DNA of 64,000 nt from a virus (Duplodnaviria; Caudoviricetes), in the IMG/VR virus record IMGVR_UViG_3300024254_000008, positions 4,191 through 68,190 of that record; one strand, 5' to 3'. Below, piece by piece: positions 37,322-46,799 of this stretch. The notes under the pieces were generated by a model that saw only the letters and a list, made by a program, of their open reading frames with translations, searched no databases and was not told the origin of the DNA. Numbering within the stretch: the stretch's first letter is position 1; every line of letters starts with the position of its first letter. A program made the translations under genes and the position numbers.

Positions 37322-37858
37322 CTACTTCTGGCGACGCTGAAAGCCACGCCCCTGCTCAGGCCAGCTACGGCCCCATTCCAGAAGCCCGTTTTCCGGCTTC
37401 TGGAGGCTGGAGAAAGGCGGAAGCTCGCCGGGTGCCAGATAGATGGCCGCCGTGGCGTACCGAACGCCGGGATCGGTGCCGAACGTCACCGGGATGTTCG
37501 TGCGGCAGTAGTGTCGGGGATGGCCTTCCAGCCGATCGCAGTCTTCAAGACCGGCGTCGCTCACCTTGTAGAGATGGCCGATGATCTGGCCGAGATAGGC
37601 GTGATACGCTCCGGTCAGTCCGCGCGGAAGCTGCCAGACGTAAGGGAAGCCCTCGTTCAGCAGGAACTTGCCGACCGTCTTGGCAACGCCGATATCCTTG
37701 CCGGCATGCTTCTCGATCAGCAGGAACTTGCCGACCGTCTTGGCAACGCCGATATCCTTGCCGGCATGCTTCTCGATCAAGAGATGGTTGCCATGGCCCG
37801 GCTTGAGGGTGCCGTACGTGAAGAGGTAGTGCGGATGGGTGTCCAGAAGGTCGGTCAT
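37322..37858 (-). CDS. Gamma-glutamylcyclotransferase (AIG2-like) #1 with internal 20-aa duplication
   Basis: LFTYGTLKPG..NH..GHLYKV..CDRLEGHP..Y. Confidence 0.88.
   Translation of the reverse strand: MTDLLDTHPHYLFTYGTLKPGHGNHLLIEKHAGKDIGVAKTVGKFLLIEKHAGKDIGVAKTVGKFLLNEGFPYVWQLPRGLTGAYHAYLGQIIGHLYKVSDAGLEDCDRLEGHPRHYCRTNIPVTFGTDPGVRYATAAIYLAPGELPPFSSLQKPENGLLEWGRSWPEQGRGFQRRQK
37657..37779. repeat. Perfect 60-bp tandem duplication (in frame)
   Basis: LLIEKHAGKDIGVAKTVGKF encoded twice with identical DNA. Confidence 0.95.
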
Positions 37859-38334
37859 TGTTCTCTCCAGATAAGATTGTGTCGAATTCGACTAATTGTA
37901 GCCTCTGATACGTTCAGGCGTTCGGCCCATCGCCATCCCGGCAGTGGGCTGTGGCGAACCTTACGAGCAACAAGGAAGTTGAGCTTGCAGCCTCGCCCTA
38001 GATCGAGTCGATCCCTGCTGTTTTGCTTGTGTGTTCCCTCGTAAAGATGCTTAGGCTCTACACACCTTGACACACTGCATGTATGCAAGGCTAACAATCC
38101 CCGTTTGATGCGTCTCCCAAGTTTTTGTTCAAGAACATAACGAGACACAAGAAAACAACGTCCGAGTCGCCACATTCTTGGATAGCCAAAATTGTTCACT
38201 CCGTGAGTCCAGAGCAGACATCCTCTCGGATCGCGCATTGTCTTAGCGACAATGACGTCATCTATGGTGTATCGAGCGCTCCTGAAGAACTTCGGCATAG
38301 GGACATGATAATCTATATTACCGGAAATATACAA
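37855..38334 (-). CDS. HNH homing endonuclease
   Basis: GCLLWT..GYPRM..ALHTCSVSRCVEPKHLYEGTHKQNSRD. Confidence 0.88.
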   Translation of the reverse strand: MYISGNIDYHVPMPKFFRSARYTIDDVIVAKTMRDPRGCLLWTHGVNNFGYPRMWRLGRCFLVSRYVLEQKLGRRIKRGLLALHTCSVSRCVEPKHLYEGTHKQNSRDRLDLGRGCKLNFLVARKVRHSPLPGWRWAERLNVSEATISRIRHNLIWREQ

Positions 38335-38369
38335 CTGGATTTTTCTGACGGAGCCGCTATTTTATCTAT

Positions 38370-39119
38370 ATGCAGTACCTCACAGCAACAGACCTCCGCA
38401 AGATCGCCCCCGCGACACAGAAGATGCCGCAGAGCGATGAGAACCTCGTCTCGACCAAAGCGTTCCTGCGGCGAATCGACAAGCTGGGATTTCAGCCGAT
38501 CTTCGCCGCGCAAGGCACCCCGCACACCGACGCCGACGAGCCGCTCAAGAGTCGGCATCTGACTGTCGCGTCCAACGACGACGGCTTCGCCATCGCCATC
38601 TTGAACAGCCATTCGATTTGGCGCAGGGCGTGGATAGGGGTTGGCTTCTGCCTGACCAATCGGCTGTTCATGATCGGAGCAGCGGTGCCATTGCCTCGGT
38701 GGCGCGGCTTTGACGAGCCGCTGGAGACAGCGCTCTCCTACAAGGAGTCGCTGACTGAGGCCAAGCGCGTGCTGGAAGGCTGGCAACTAGAAGATCATCA
38801 ATGCCGATGGCTCGCCAAGCAATTCGCGACGTCGGCATGGCTCAAGGGACACAAGCAGCCCCTTCCCAAGGCGTTGTCCGACCCGAGCATTGCCTCCGGG
38901 AGCGCTTACGGGTTCCTGCATCTCATGTTGAAGGTATCGCGCGAAGGCGGCCTTCCTCCCGCACCGACCGACCGAGTCGTGCCCGGCCGCAAGCTCAAGC
39001 CGATCATCGCTCCAGACGCCCTGATGCACGCCGCCAGCCAGACGTTCCAAGTCGGCCTGCGGGGCCTGATCAAGTACAAGCTCGGCACTTACGCTTTTCC
39101 GGCGTTTAACAGCCGGTGA
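38370..39119 (+). CDS. DUF932-like protein
   Basis: LGFQPIFAAQ..SRHL..IAILNSHS. Confidence 0.55.
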   Translation: MQYLTATDLRKIAPATQKMPQSDENLVSTKAFLRRIDKLGFQPIFAAQGTPHTDADEPLKSRHLTVASNDDGFAIAILNSHSIWRRAWIGVGFCLTNRLFMIGAAVPLPRWRGFDEPLETALSYKESLTEAKRVLEGWQLEDHQCRWLAKQFATSAWLKGHKQPLPKALSDPSIASGSAYGFLHLMLKVSREGGLPPAPTDRVVPGRKLKPIIAPDALMHAASQTFQVGLRGLIKYKLGTYAFPAFNSR

Positions 39120-39478
39120 AGAAGCCGCGCTCATCCATCATCCGCGTCTTCGCCGATGAAGACGCTCTATGGGATTATGTCTCCCCGCGCCTGCGCGGAT
39201 GGTGGACGAAGCTCGAAGCGGTCACGCCGGACGGCCTGACCGATTGGCTGGGACTGTGGGACAGCCGGACGTGGTGGTGCGAGGCAAAGATCGGCAAGCC
39301 GGGCCTCGACGCCTTGCGGCCTTCGCAACGCCGGTTTGCCTATGCCTGCATCGACAACCACATCGAGCATTGGACGTGCTTCGGCTACAAAGGCGAAGCG
39401 CGATTTTTCAGGGACCTCGATTTTGACACTGAACGGGTTCCCCCCTTTCATCGCGAAGCACGTCCCCGAAGCCGCTGA
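39116..39478 (+). CDS. VRR-NUC / PD-(D/E)xK nuclease (resolvase-like)
   Basis: GLTDWLG..WCEAK..LRPSQRRF. Confidence 0.75.
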   Translation: MKKPRSSIIRVFADEDALWDYVSPRLRGWWTKLEAVTPDGLTDWLGLWDSRTWWCEAKIGKPGLDALRPSQRRFAYACIDNHIEHWTCFGYKGEARFFRDLDFDTERVPPFHREARPRSR

Positions 39479-39719
39479 GCGAAGGGGCAAGCGCCTTGAG
39501 CGCGTCCCACATTAAAGCGTTCTTAGCCTGACGCTTCCGTGTCACCTCTTCAATTCGCTGGAGCGCTTCCTGCTCATCAATCGTCCCCAGATGGCTCGGC
39601 GTCTCGGAACCGCCTTCTCGGGCTTTGGCTAATCCTACAAGCACATCGTCAAAAGTCGGGTTGAGTCCCCTGTCCTGCATCGCTTGAAGCTGATGATAGA
39701 ACCACGCGCTGATTGCCAT
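39408..39719 (-). CDS. Hypothetical protein
   Basis: RBS GAGG; follows the helicase. Confidence 0.55.
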   Translation of the reverse strand: MAISAWFYHQLQAMQDRGLNPTFDDVLVGLAKAREGGSETPSHLGTIDEQEALQRIEEVTRKRQAKNALMWDALKALAPSLSGFGDVLRDERGEPVQCQNRGP

Positions 39720-39733
39720 TGCCTGCTCCTCGG

Positions 39734-41536
39734 TTAGAAATCCTCGTTGTAGCCTTCCGGCGTGTACCGGCTCTCTTCTTGTGGAAGATAAGTCGGTCCT
39801 GTCGCCGTAGCACCGCCCGACAGGAAATCCGGATTGTTCATCACCATCTGCACAAGGTCCGCTGTCTCGGCATGGGCCTTAAGGATCATTGTATCGATGC
39901 TGTTGGGCACCGCCAACGTCCCGAACAGCGTCGAATGCCGTTGGCCAAGACGATAGATGCGGCCCTCACTCTGCCAGCGCTTCTCGCGCGAGAACGAATA
40001 GGAATAGTAGAACGCCTTGCTGGCGATCTGCAGCCCGTCGACACCGGTCGAGCCGGTGCCCTCGTTCAGTACCACGTAGTCCAGTTCGCCGGCCCGGAAC
40101 GCCCGGATCACCCGTTCCCGCTCAATTTGGGGGGTGTCCCCTTCGTACACCCCCACCCGGCCGAGCCCGGACGTGGCGATAACGACATCGTCAATATCGG
40201 CTTTGAATCTCGTCCAGATGAGCGCCTGCCCGTCGTTCTGTTCGAGGAGATTCGTCAGTACCTCTGGACGGTTGTTCGGCAACAGACGAGGGACCGCCTC
40301 ACGCATCTCGTCTTCCGTCTCGACTTCCTCGTAATACCGACCGCACAGCACTTGCTGCATGCGCAGTAGCCGGACGAGCGCATAGACGGGATTCTGGATG
40401 CGGGCAGCGCGAAGGTCTTCGATAAGCTGGTCCCGCAAAGCAACATAAACGTGAACCTGCTCGGGGGTAAGCTCAACTTCAAAGCGCTCGTATCTCTTTG
40501 GAGGTAGTCCCAAGACGGTATCCGGGATCATGAACGACACGGGCGCGATCTTGCGGATCAGTTCTTCCTGATTGCGGTAGCCGACGACCTGTCGGACACG
40601 CGGATCGACATTGCGACCCCGGATTTCCCGGACATTGCAATAGCGGTCCCGGAACGAGAACCAGTTGCTCAGGCCGATGATCGCCGGATCGAGGAACTGG
40701 TACTGGGTGAAGAAATCCTCCAGCCCCTTGGTGATCGGCGTGCCGGTCAGGATCATCCGCATTGTGGCGTACTGAGCAAGGTCGACCATTTCCTTGGTGC
40801 AGCGCGCCTTGTAGTTCTTGATGCGGCTCGACTCATCGTTCAGCAGGGCGATGCGGCCAGACCGCAGGAACGCCATGAGCGCTGTCCGGGCCTTGGAGTG
40901 CTTCCGTCCGAACGCTTCGATATTGAACGCCATGATGCGCAGCGTACGGCCCTCTCCGCGCCTCGCCTCGGCCACTGCGGCGGGAATGCGGGTATCCCCC
41001 TTCCAGACGTGACAAACGCGCCGTACGGCGTCCGTAAGGTGCTCTGGAACAGCCTGATTGATCCACTGTGCCTTGACCGCGTTGATGGCGACGATGGCAA
41101 TGCCGTCGATCTCATTTCGCATGAACTTGTCGGCGAGAATATCGAGCGCCATCTTGGTCTTTCCGACGCCCAGCGCACAGGGGGCCAAGGCGACGTTGGG
41201 TAGATGTCGGGCGTGGGTGAAGGTCTTTAGCTGGTAGTCCCTCGGCGGGACCTTGAACGGCCAGTTGCGCTCATATTCGCCGGGTTCCCGTTCACGGAGT
41301 CGTGATAGGTATCGGAAAGTGCGCGCCTCGACGAGCCGGTTTCCCGGATCGTGCCATATGGCATCGCCGAATCGCTCGTGCAGGAAGAGCAGGTTCGCGC
41401 TATTTGTGCGTAATCCCACATTAGGATCGTCAGGCGGGGGCGGCTCCGGGGCGTCAAAATAAACATCGTTGATCCTCAGCCGGTCGATACCGGAAATCGT
41501 GATGACGTTCGGTGTGACAGAGATGAAGGCTGGCAA
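39734..41536 (-). CDS. SNF2-family helicase
   Basis: GVGKTK, DESSRIKN, ILTGTP, QSEGRIYRLGQ. Confidence 0.92.
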   Translation of the reverse strand: MPAFISVTPNVITISGIDRLRINDVYFDAPEPPPPDDPNVGLRTNSANLLFLHERFGDAIWHDPGNRLVEARTFRYLSRLREREPGEYERNWPFKVPPRDYQLKTFTHARHLPNVALAPCALGVGKTKMALDILADKFMRNEIDGIAIVAINAVKAQWINQAVPEHLTDAVRRVCHVWKGDTRIPAAVAEARRGEGRTLRIMAFNIEAFGRKHSKARTALMAFLRSGRIALLNDESSRIKNYKARCTKEMVDLAQYATMRMILTGTPITKGLEDFFTQYQFLDPAIIGLSNWFSFRDRYCNVREIRGRNVDPRVRQVVGYRNQEELIRKIAPVSFMIPDTVLGLPPKRYERFEVELTPEQVHVYVALRDQLIEDLRAARIQNPVYALVRLLRMQQVLCGRYYEEVETEDEMREAVPRLLPNNRPEVLTNLLEQNDGQALIWTRFKADIDDVVIATSGLGRVGVYEGDTPQIERERVIRAFRAGELDYVVLNEGTGSTGVDGLQIASKAFYYSYSFSREKRWQSEGRIYRLGQRHSTLFGTLAVPNSIDTMILKAHAETADLVQMVMNNPDFLSGGATATGPTYLPQEESRYTPEGYNEDF

Positions 41537-41539
41537 GGA

Positions 41540-41779
41540 TCAAATCCATCGGGCCGGTGCAAGAGGAATTCGTTTCGTCCAAGGGCGAGGCGCATGATAC
41601 GCGTTGCTGCGCAAGACGAAAAAGGTAAATCGCCTAAGCGGTGCATTCTTCATCGTATCGAAGCAAACAAATTTGCGAAGCGATTTCTCGCGACGAATTC
41701 GATCCAGCAACGCATATCGTGTCAGTACTGATACTTTCACGTCGTGGCGGCATTGGCACCACCACTTCGCGTAGAACAT
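41540..41779 (-). CDS. Hypothetical protein
   Basis: Short basic ORF between the DGQHR gene and the helicase. Confidence 0.4.
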   Translation of the reverse strand: MFYAKWWCQCRHDVKVSVLTRYALLDRIRREKSLRKFVCFDTMKNAPLRRFTFFVLRSNAYHAPRPWTKRIPLAPARWI

Positions 41780-41832
41780 CCAGCACGTGACGGGACCACC
41801 GGCCTGTGGACGGTCCCGGATTGAATCGATGG

Positions 41833-42834
41833 TCACGCCATCATCCGCATTGTCTTGCCTGCTCCCGTGCTGGCTTGCCACGCCGGCTGCGGCAATTTGA
41901 TGATACCCGTCTTTGTGCTGGCCAGCCGGCGCGTGAAGATAGCCTTGATCCGGGTCAGGCCGGGGCTGCGGTCGCGATCATTGAGCAAGCGACCCTGCAG
42001 CCAGTCGAGATAGCTGCTATTGGCGCTCAGTGCTGTGAGACACTGCTTGAACTCCTCACGAGTGAGGACGACGGAGCGGGCGGCGCCCTTGTCGCGGACC
42101 CGGTCGAGAACGACGCGCCGGTACAGCCACATGCACAGGGCAAGATTGAGATTGCCCCACAGCCGGAAGTATTCCGGATCACGGCCCCACGCATGGAGCG
42201 TCAATTCCAGAAAGCCGATCAGCTTGCCCGCGCTGTCGGCATCCATGGATGCCGCGATTTGCGAGATACCGCCATGTCGGGCGGTGCTATTGTGCGGCGT
42301 TTCCAGCGCCGACGTCGACCAGCACCGCAGGACGGATGCCAGACTGATGATGGGACCAGCATGGTCCTTCCGGCGGATGTTGTCGTACCCGATGAAGGGG
42401 CACGTATCCATGAGATGCTTGAGGTTGGGCAGCGACGGAGTCAGGCCGCGCAGCAGATCGTCTGGCCGCATGCGAACGAGGGCGGTGTTCAGCATGACGA
42501 AATCATCGGCCATGTCGGCCATTGTGTCGTAATGGACGATGCGAACATCGGCGATAACTTCCGAGATGCCGGCGATCCGGAACGCTTCCCGGCGATGCTG
42601 ACCATCGACCAGATAGTCGGAATTGTCCTTCGTCAGGCGGCCGATAGTCACGACGCCCGTGATCGTTTGGGACATCTTCATTTCCTCGGCAATGGCCATG
42701 ACCTTGGCATTGACGCGAACAGGGCGCTGGAACGGGGGCACCTGCCACTTGTTCACGTCGTCGACCGTGAGCAGCAGGGTGTCCATCGTCGACCGATGGG
42801 TCTTGGGGGCCAGCTTGGCCATTGCTGTAGCCAT
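41833..42834 (-). CDS. DGQHR-domain (ParB/Srx-like) protein
   Basis: PPFQRP..YLVDGQHRREAF. Confidence 0.8.
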   Translation of the reverse strand: MATAMAKLAPKTHRSTMDTLLLTVDDVNKWQVPPFQRPVRVNAKVMAIAEEMKMSQTITGVVTIGRLTKDNSDYLVDGQHRREAFRIAGISEVIADVRIVHYDTMADMADDFVMLNTALVRMRPDDLLRGLTPSLPNLKHLMDTCPFIGYDNIRRKDHAGPIISLASVLRCWSTSALETPHNSTARHGGISQIAASMDADSAGKLIGFLELTLHAWGRDPEYFRLWGNLNLALCMWLYRRVVLDRVRDKGAARSVVLTREEFKQCLTALSANSSYLDWLQGRLLNDRDRSPGLTRIKAIFTRRLASTKTGIIKLPQPAWQASTGAGKTMRMMA

Positions 42835-42874
42835 ATTGACAGTCCTTCCGGTTGAAGTAGCCTACACTCTGCCC

Positions 42875-42920
42875 ATTTCCGCTAATATAGTAAAGCACTA
42901 ATTTAGTCACGGTTTCGTGA
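42875..42920. promoter_or_regulatory. Composite site: 15-bp motif plus TCACG-N4-CGTGA palindrome
   Basis: ATTTCCGCTAATATA (42875-42889); TCACGGTTTCGTGA (42907-42920). Confidence 0.65.
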
Positions 42921-42925
42921 TCGCC

Positions 42926-44875
42926 TCAATCTCGCACGGCAGCCCAATTTCCGCCAGTTTTAATTTCCGCCACGACAGGGATGGACAGAGGCATGGCCGA
43001 CTCCATGATCTCCTTGATCCGGCCGGTTAGAACCGCCCCGGCCGCTCCGCGAGGGATGGACACGTCGGCTTCGTCATGTACGACGACGAGGGGGATGATG
43101 CCCTCGCGACGCATCAAGACCTGAGCGCGCTTCATCTGGTCGCCAGCGCTGCCCTGAATCTTGGAATTGCACGCCTTATGCGTCCGTGCGTACTCGTCGC
43201 CATACTTCTGGAAACGAACATGTCGGCCGCCCAAGGTCCGCATCCGTCCGGTGCGCTCAGCTTCAGTCTTCAGTTCGGTCTGAAGTCCCTTGATGAACGG
43301 GAAGCGCTCGAAATGGCGACGAAGTAGTTCTTTGCCTTCGGGACCAGCCACTTCCAGCATATCGCCATTCCGGAGCTTCACCCATTCAGTCGGCAGCCCA
43401 AGACGCTTGCATGTTTCGGCTCCTCCTTGCCCGTACCAGATGCCGAGTCCCATTGTTTTAGCGGCACCGCGTTTTATTCCCATGTTGGTGGCAACTTCTT
43501 GATGCATGTCGAACATCGGATTGGCCCGATATTGATCGGCCATCTCCTTGGCACCTTGGATGCCGTGCCGTTCGGCGATGTGGACACCCAGACGTGGCTC
43601 CTGAGCAGAATAGTCCAGCTTGCCCCAGTCCTCGCCTTCCTCGGCCTCGAAACAGTCCCGCATGGCGTGACCAATCTCAGGATCGCGGTTCGGGATGTTG
43701 GTCAGGTTCGGATTGGTCGACGACCACCGCCCCGATGTCGCTCCACGCATGCCCTCAGAGCCGTCATCCGTGCCGCTACGACGCAACGGATTGAAGTCGG
43801 CATGGATACGCCCATTGACCGAAGATTCGATCAGATAGCCCCGAAAGAACGTGCTGACGGCCTTGTCATAGCGCCGGGCAGCGTTGATCAGATCAGCCAC
43901 AGGCGACTTGAGGCTCTCGATATTCTCTTTGCGAAGCTGATCCCGCCCTTGAGTCGTCTTGGGCAAAACCAGACCCGGATTCTCCATTTTGAGCGCCCGC
44001 GCCAGCGCCACATTATCGGTCGCTGTGACATGAACGCCCGTTGCCTCAAAAACTGCCAGCAACGCTGCATCCCGTTTCCTCTCAAATTCGCGCATATAGC
44101 GCTCGGCCTTGTCGACGTTGACCCGGACGCCCTGTCGCTTCATATCGAAGCCGACCAGATAGCATTCCCGCTCAAGCGCATGGATGCCCGTCAGGTTTTC
44201 CGCTTCGAGCAGCGGCAGCAGTTGGTGGAACAGATCGCGGGTCAACACGGCATCGTCCGTGCCATAGGCTTCGGCTAGCCAGCCCGGCACAAGGTCCATG
44301 TGAGCCATGGGATCAGTCAGTCCGCCAGCCGCACAAGCTGCCTTGAACGCAGCGGAGCTTTTGCCTCGTCCGAGATACTCACGTCCCAACGCGTCGAGCG
44401 AATAGCTGTTCTTGAATTCGTCGAGGATGGCTGCGATGCCCTGCACATCGACCGGCGGATTGACCAGGTTGACGCCCTCGCGTGCCATCCAGCCCAGATC
44501 GTACATGCAGTTGGCGTAGACGAACGTGAGGTCGGGCTTACGCGCCTGTGCGCTCAACCATCCATACACACGTTGTGGATCGATATTTCCATCGCTATGC
44601 CGCGTCGGCAGATAGAAGCTGCCGCCATCCCAACTGATCGCGACACCGCAGCCGAACCCTACGCCTTGGTGCGCCCAGCTTGAGCCGTTGCCGGCACTGA
44701 GTCCGGGGTCCTTGTTTTCGGTGTCGAGGGCCACATAACCGGAAAGCTCGGGCAACTCGTCATGTGGTCGCCAATCGACCGGCCGCGTAAAGACAGGCCG
44801 GGAGATTTGACCGTTCCGTCGTCCGGATACACGGCGTAGAACAGGTCCAGATAGGACTTCATCGAACAGCCCCAC
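42926..44875 (-). CDS. polA: DNA polymerase family A with 3'-5' exonuclease domain
   Basis: ExoI DTE; GRWSSTNPNLTNIP, DYSAQEPRL, AKTMGLGIWYG, IQGSAGD, VHDE. Confidence 0.96.
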   Translation of the reverse strand: MGLFDEVLSGPVLRRVSGRRNGQISRPVFTRPVDWRPHDELPELSGYVALDTENKDPGLSAGNGSSWAHQGVGFGCGVAISWDGGSFYLPTRHSDGNIDPQRVYGWLSAQARKPDLTFVYANCMYDLGWMAREGVNLVNPPVDVQGIAAILDEFKNSYSLDALGREYLGRGKSSAAFKAACAAGGLTDPMAHMDLVPGWLAEAYGTDDAVLTRDLFHQLLPLLEAENLTGIHALERECYLVGFDMKRQGVRVNVDKAERYMREFERKRDAALLAVFEATGVHVTATDNVALARALKMENPGLVLPKTTQGRDQLRKENIESLKSPVADLINAARRYDKAVSTFFRGYLIESSVNGRIHADFNPLRRSGTDDGSEGMRGATSGRWSSTNPNLTNIPNRDPEIGHAMRDCFEAEEGEDWGKLDYSAQEPRLGVHIAERHGIQGAKEMADQYRANPMFDMHQEVATNMGIKRGAAKTMGLGIWYGQGGAETCKRLGLPTEWVKLRNGDMLEVAGPEGKELLRRHFERFPFIKGLQTELKTEAERTGRMRTLGGRHVRFQKYGDEYARTHKACNSKIQGSAGDQMKRAQVLMRREGIIPLVVVHDEADVSIPRGAAGAVLTGRIKEIMESAMPLSIPVVAEIKTGGNWAAVRD

Positions 44876-44877
44876 GG

Positions 44878-45072
44878 TTATTTGCTCTCAGAATCAAGAC
44901 TCTTGAGAAAATCAGACCCGGCTTCGTATGCTTCCTTGAGCGCTTCCTCAATATCATCCGCATAATGATGAAACACGCAATCGGGCGCAATCAAGTTTCC
45001 CCTCTTGTACGAATTATGACACGAGCAAGGTCCAGTGATCCGTGCGGCTGTAGATTTGAAATCCGGCATCAT
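44878..45072 (-). CDS. Hypothetical protein
   Basis: Coupled short ORF. Confidence 0.5.
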   Translation of the reverse strand: MMPDFKSTAARITGPCSCHNSYKRGNLIAPDCVFHHYADDIEEALKEAYEAGSDFLKSLDSESK

Positions 45073-45437
45073 ATTTTGCCTTGCGTCAGGTTGAGCGCGG
45101 CGGCGATAATTTCGGCGTCTCGCTGCGAATCACAGAAGCAGATAGATGTATCACCACGAACGTACCAGTAGGGTCCAGACGGCAATGGTGCATCCCCAAG
45201 CTCGGCGGCTATAAATTTCTCCTCGCCCAAGGTGAAGCCCTTCTGCTGAGCAATCCAGTCCGTAACGACGAATTCGTGGATTACATCGCCAGAGAACCCG
45301 GCAATAGCATCGACCGCGCCCTCACCATCAATCGAATTGATCTGCGACTTGGGCAGCCAGTGAAGCTCGCCATCCAGATCGATCTGGATCGCTCGTGCTG
45401 TGACACGCATGCCGACCGCTCGGATCGTCACTGGCAT
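45069..45437 (-). CDS. Hypothetical protein
   Basis: TAATG coupling; HWLPKSQI..TDWIAQQKG. Confidence 0.65.
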   Translation of the reverse strand: MPVTIRAVGMRVTARAIQIDLDGELHWLPKSQINSIDGEGAVDAIAGFSGDVIHEFVVTDWIAQQKGFTLGEEKFIAAELGDAPLPSGPYWYVRGDTSICFCDSQRDAEIIAAALNLTQGKI

Positions 45438-45670
45438 TATGGCCCCCAATGTGCGCAACCACCACCCGCCGTGACGTGGTAGCAGCGAGGACCGGCCGGG
45501 GCCGTGGGCTGGCCGTAGGTGTAGACGATAGGCGGATTGTAGCGGTCCATCATCCACCGTCCCCATGCCCCTGTATTGGCTTGGTTCTGCTGCATCAGGT
45601 AAGGGTCGTAAGGTGACGGAGCGCACGCACCGGCTAGCAATCCGACAGCCATGAACAGAACCGTACGCAT
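45437..45670 (-). CDS. Small lipoprotein
   Basis: MRTVLFMAVGLLAGAC signal with lipobox LAGAC. Confidence 0.6.
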   Translation of the reverse strand: MRTVLFMAVGLLAGACAPSPYDPYLMQQNQANTGAWGRWMMDRYNPPIVYTYGQPTAPAGPRCYHVTAGGGCAHWGP

Positions 45671-45703
45671 CGAAGCCTCCCTAGAACATCCGATCCACAA
45701 TTT

Positions 45704-45826
45704 AATGCAGCCGCCAGTCACGATGGCATTCTTGCCGGCCATTTTACGAACCGACTCATCGGTTATCGTCTCCAGCCACGCGTCCAATTTCTTGCGAAGC
45801 ACCGCTTTGATCGTCTTGGCTTTCAT
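45704..45826 (-). pseudogene. N-terminal remnant of a phage nucleotidyltransferase-like gene
   Basis: MKAKTIKAVLRKKLDAWLETITDESVRKMAGKNAIVTGGCI, then loss of similarity and in-frame run into the lipoprotein. Confidence 0.45.
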
Positions 45827-45830
45827 CTGA

Positions 45831-46799
45831 TCACCCATTCATCCCGGAAAACACGCCATGATAGCCGTTACCGTGCCAGATCGCACGCTCGCCAGACAGA
45901 TCAATCGTCTCGGCGAATTCCAGCGCGGCGAGCATCTGATCGACGCCCCATGTGCGACGCGGCACATCGAGATCGATTTCCTCTTTTATTTCAAGCTTCT
46001 CGTCCATGTGCGTGATCTTGCCGTTGCCTAACGTCAGTCGCTTCACGCCATACGACTTGACGCGCTCAACCGTCTCCTTGAGGTTGTCCGGCACCGGGAC
46101 GCCGCCCTGCAACGGCAGATTCTCGATGAAGGAATAGGCCGCGTCCGGAGCTTCCTCGATCAGACGGGTCGACGTCAGGGTGAGCCCTTCCCATTCAGCA
46201 CGGAATGTGTTGGTGCCGTTCTTCAACTCGGGCGGCTCGGATTGGGACAAGATGAACTTGGCGGCCCATGGCGGAATGGTGAAATCGACAGGATAGGTGT
46301 CTGCGGTAAACATCGCCGCGAACGGCCCGAAGGCGAAGGCAAAATTACGCCGGAAATGAACGCCCATCTGCCAGATATGACCGTCACGACCCGCAGTGAA
46401 TTTGAACAAGTCCCTGAGCTTGTCGTTGAATTCCGCGCCGGGAAGATAGGCCGGCCCAGATTGAATGAACGACATGCCGGCCGGGAAGCTGTTGTCCCCC
46501 AGACACCGGAGCGTCACCCGGCTGCGGCCGGCACGCACCACTAGACCACTATCGTCCGCCGTCTTAGCCAGCGTTGCACTCTCGCGCTCCATGGCACGCA
46601 TCAGCGCATCATAGCGGACACAAAAATGCGGCGGCACTTCATCGATAAATGCGTCAACCGACATTTCGCCACACACGCCGCGCAGCACGCTGCCCAGCAC
46701 GTCTTGAGCCATCACCAGATTCACATACGCATGCTGCGGGACGATCTTGCCGTCGCCTACGGCTGGAGCGACGGCTTTCAGGGCGGCGAGGAGGTTCAT
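45831..46799 (-). CDS. Sliding clamp (DnaN-like) protein
   Basis: 322 aa; LKAVAPAV.. N-terminus, SRVTLRCL..FP; replication context. Confidence 0.5.
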   Translation of the reverse strand: MNLLAALKAVAPAVGDGKIVPQHAYVNLVMAQDVLGSVLRGVCGEMSVDAFIDEVPPHFCVRYDALMRAMERESATLAKTADDSGLVVRAGRSRVTLRCLGDNSFPAGMSFIQSGPAYLPGAEFNDKLRDLFKFTAGRDGHIWQMGVHFRRNFAFAFGPFAAMFTADTYPVDFTIPPWAAKFILSQSEPPELKNGTNTFRAEWEGLTLTSTRLIEEAPDAAYSFIENLPLQGGVPVPDNLKETVERVKSYGVKRLTLGNGKITHMDEKLEIKEEIDLDVPRRTWGVDQMLAALEFAETIDLSGERAIWHGNGYHGVFSGMNG

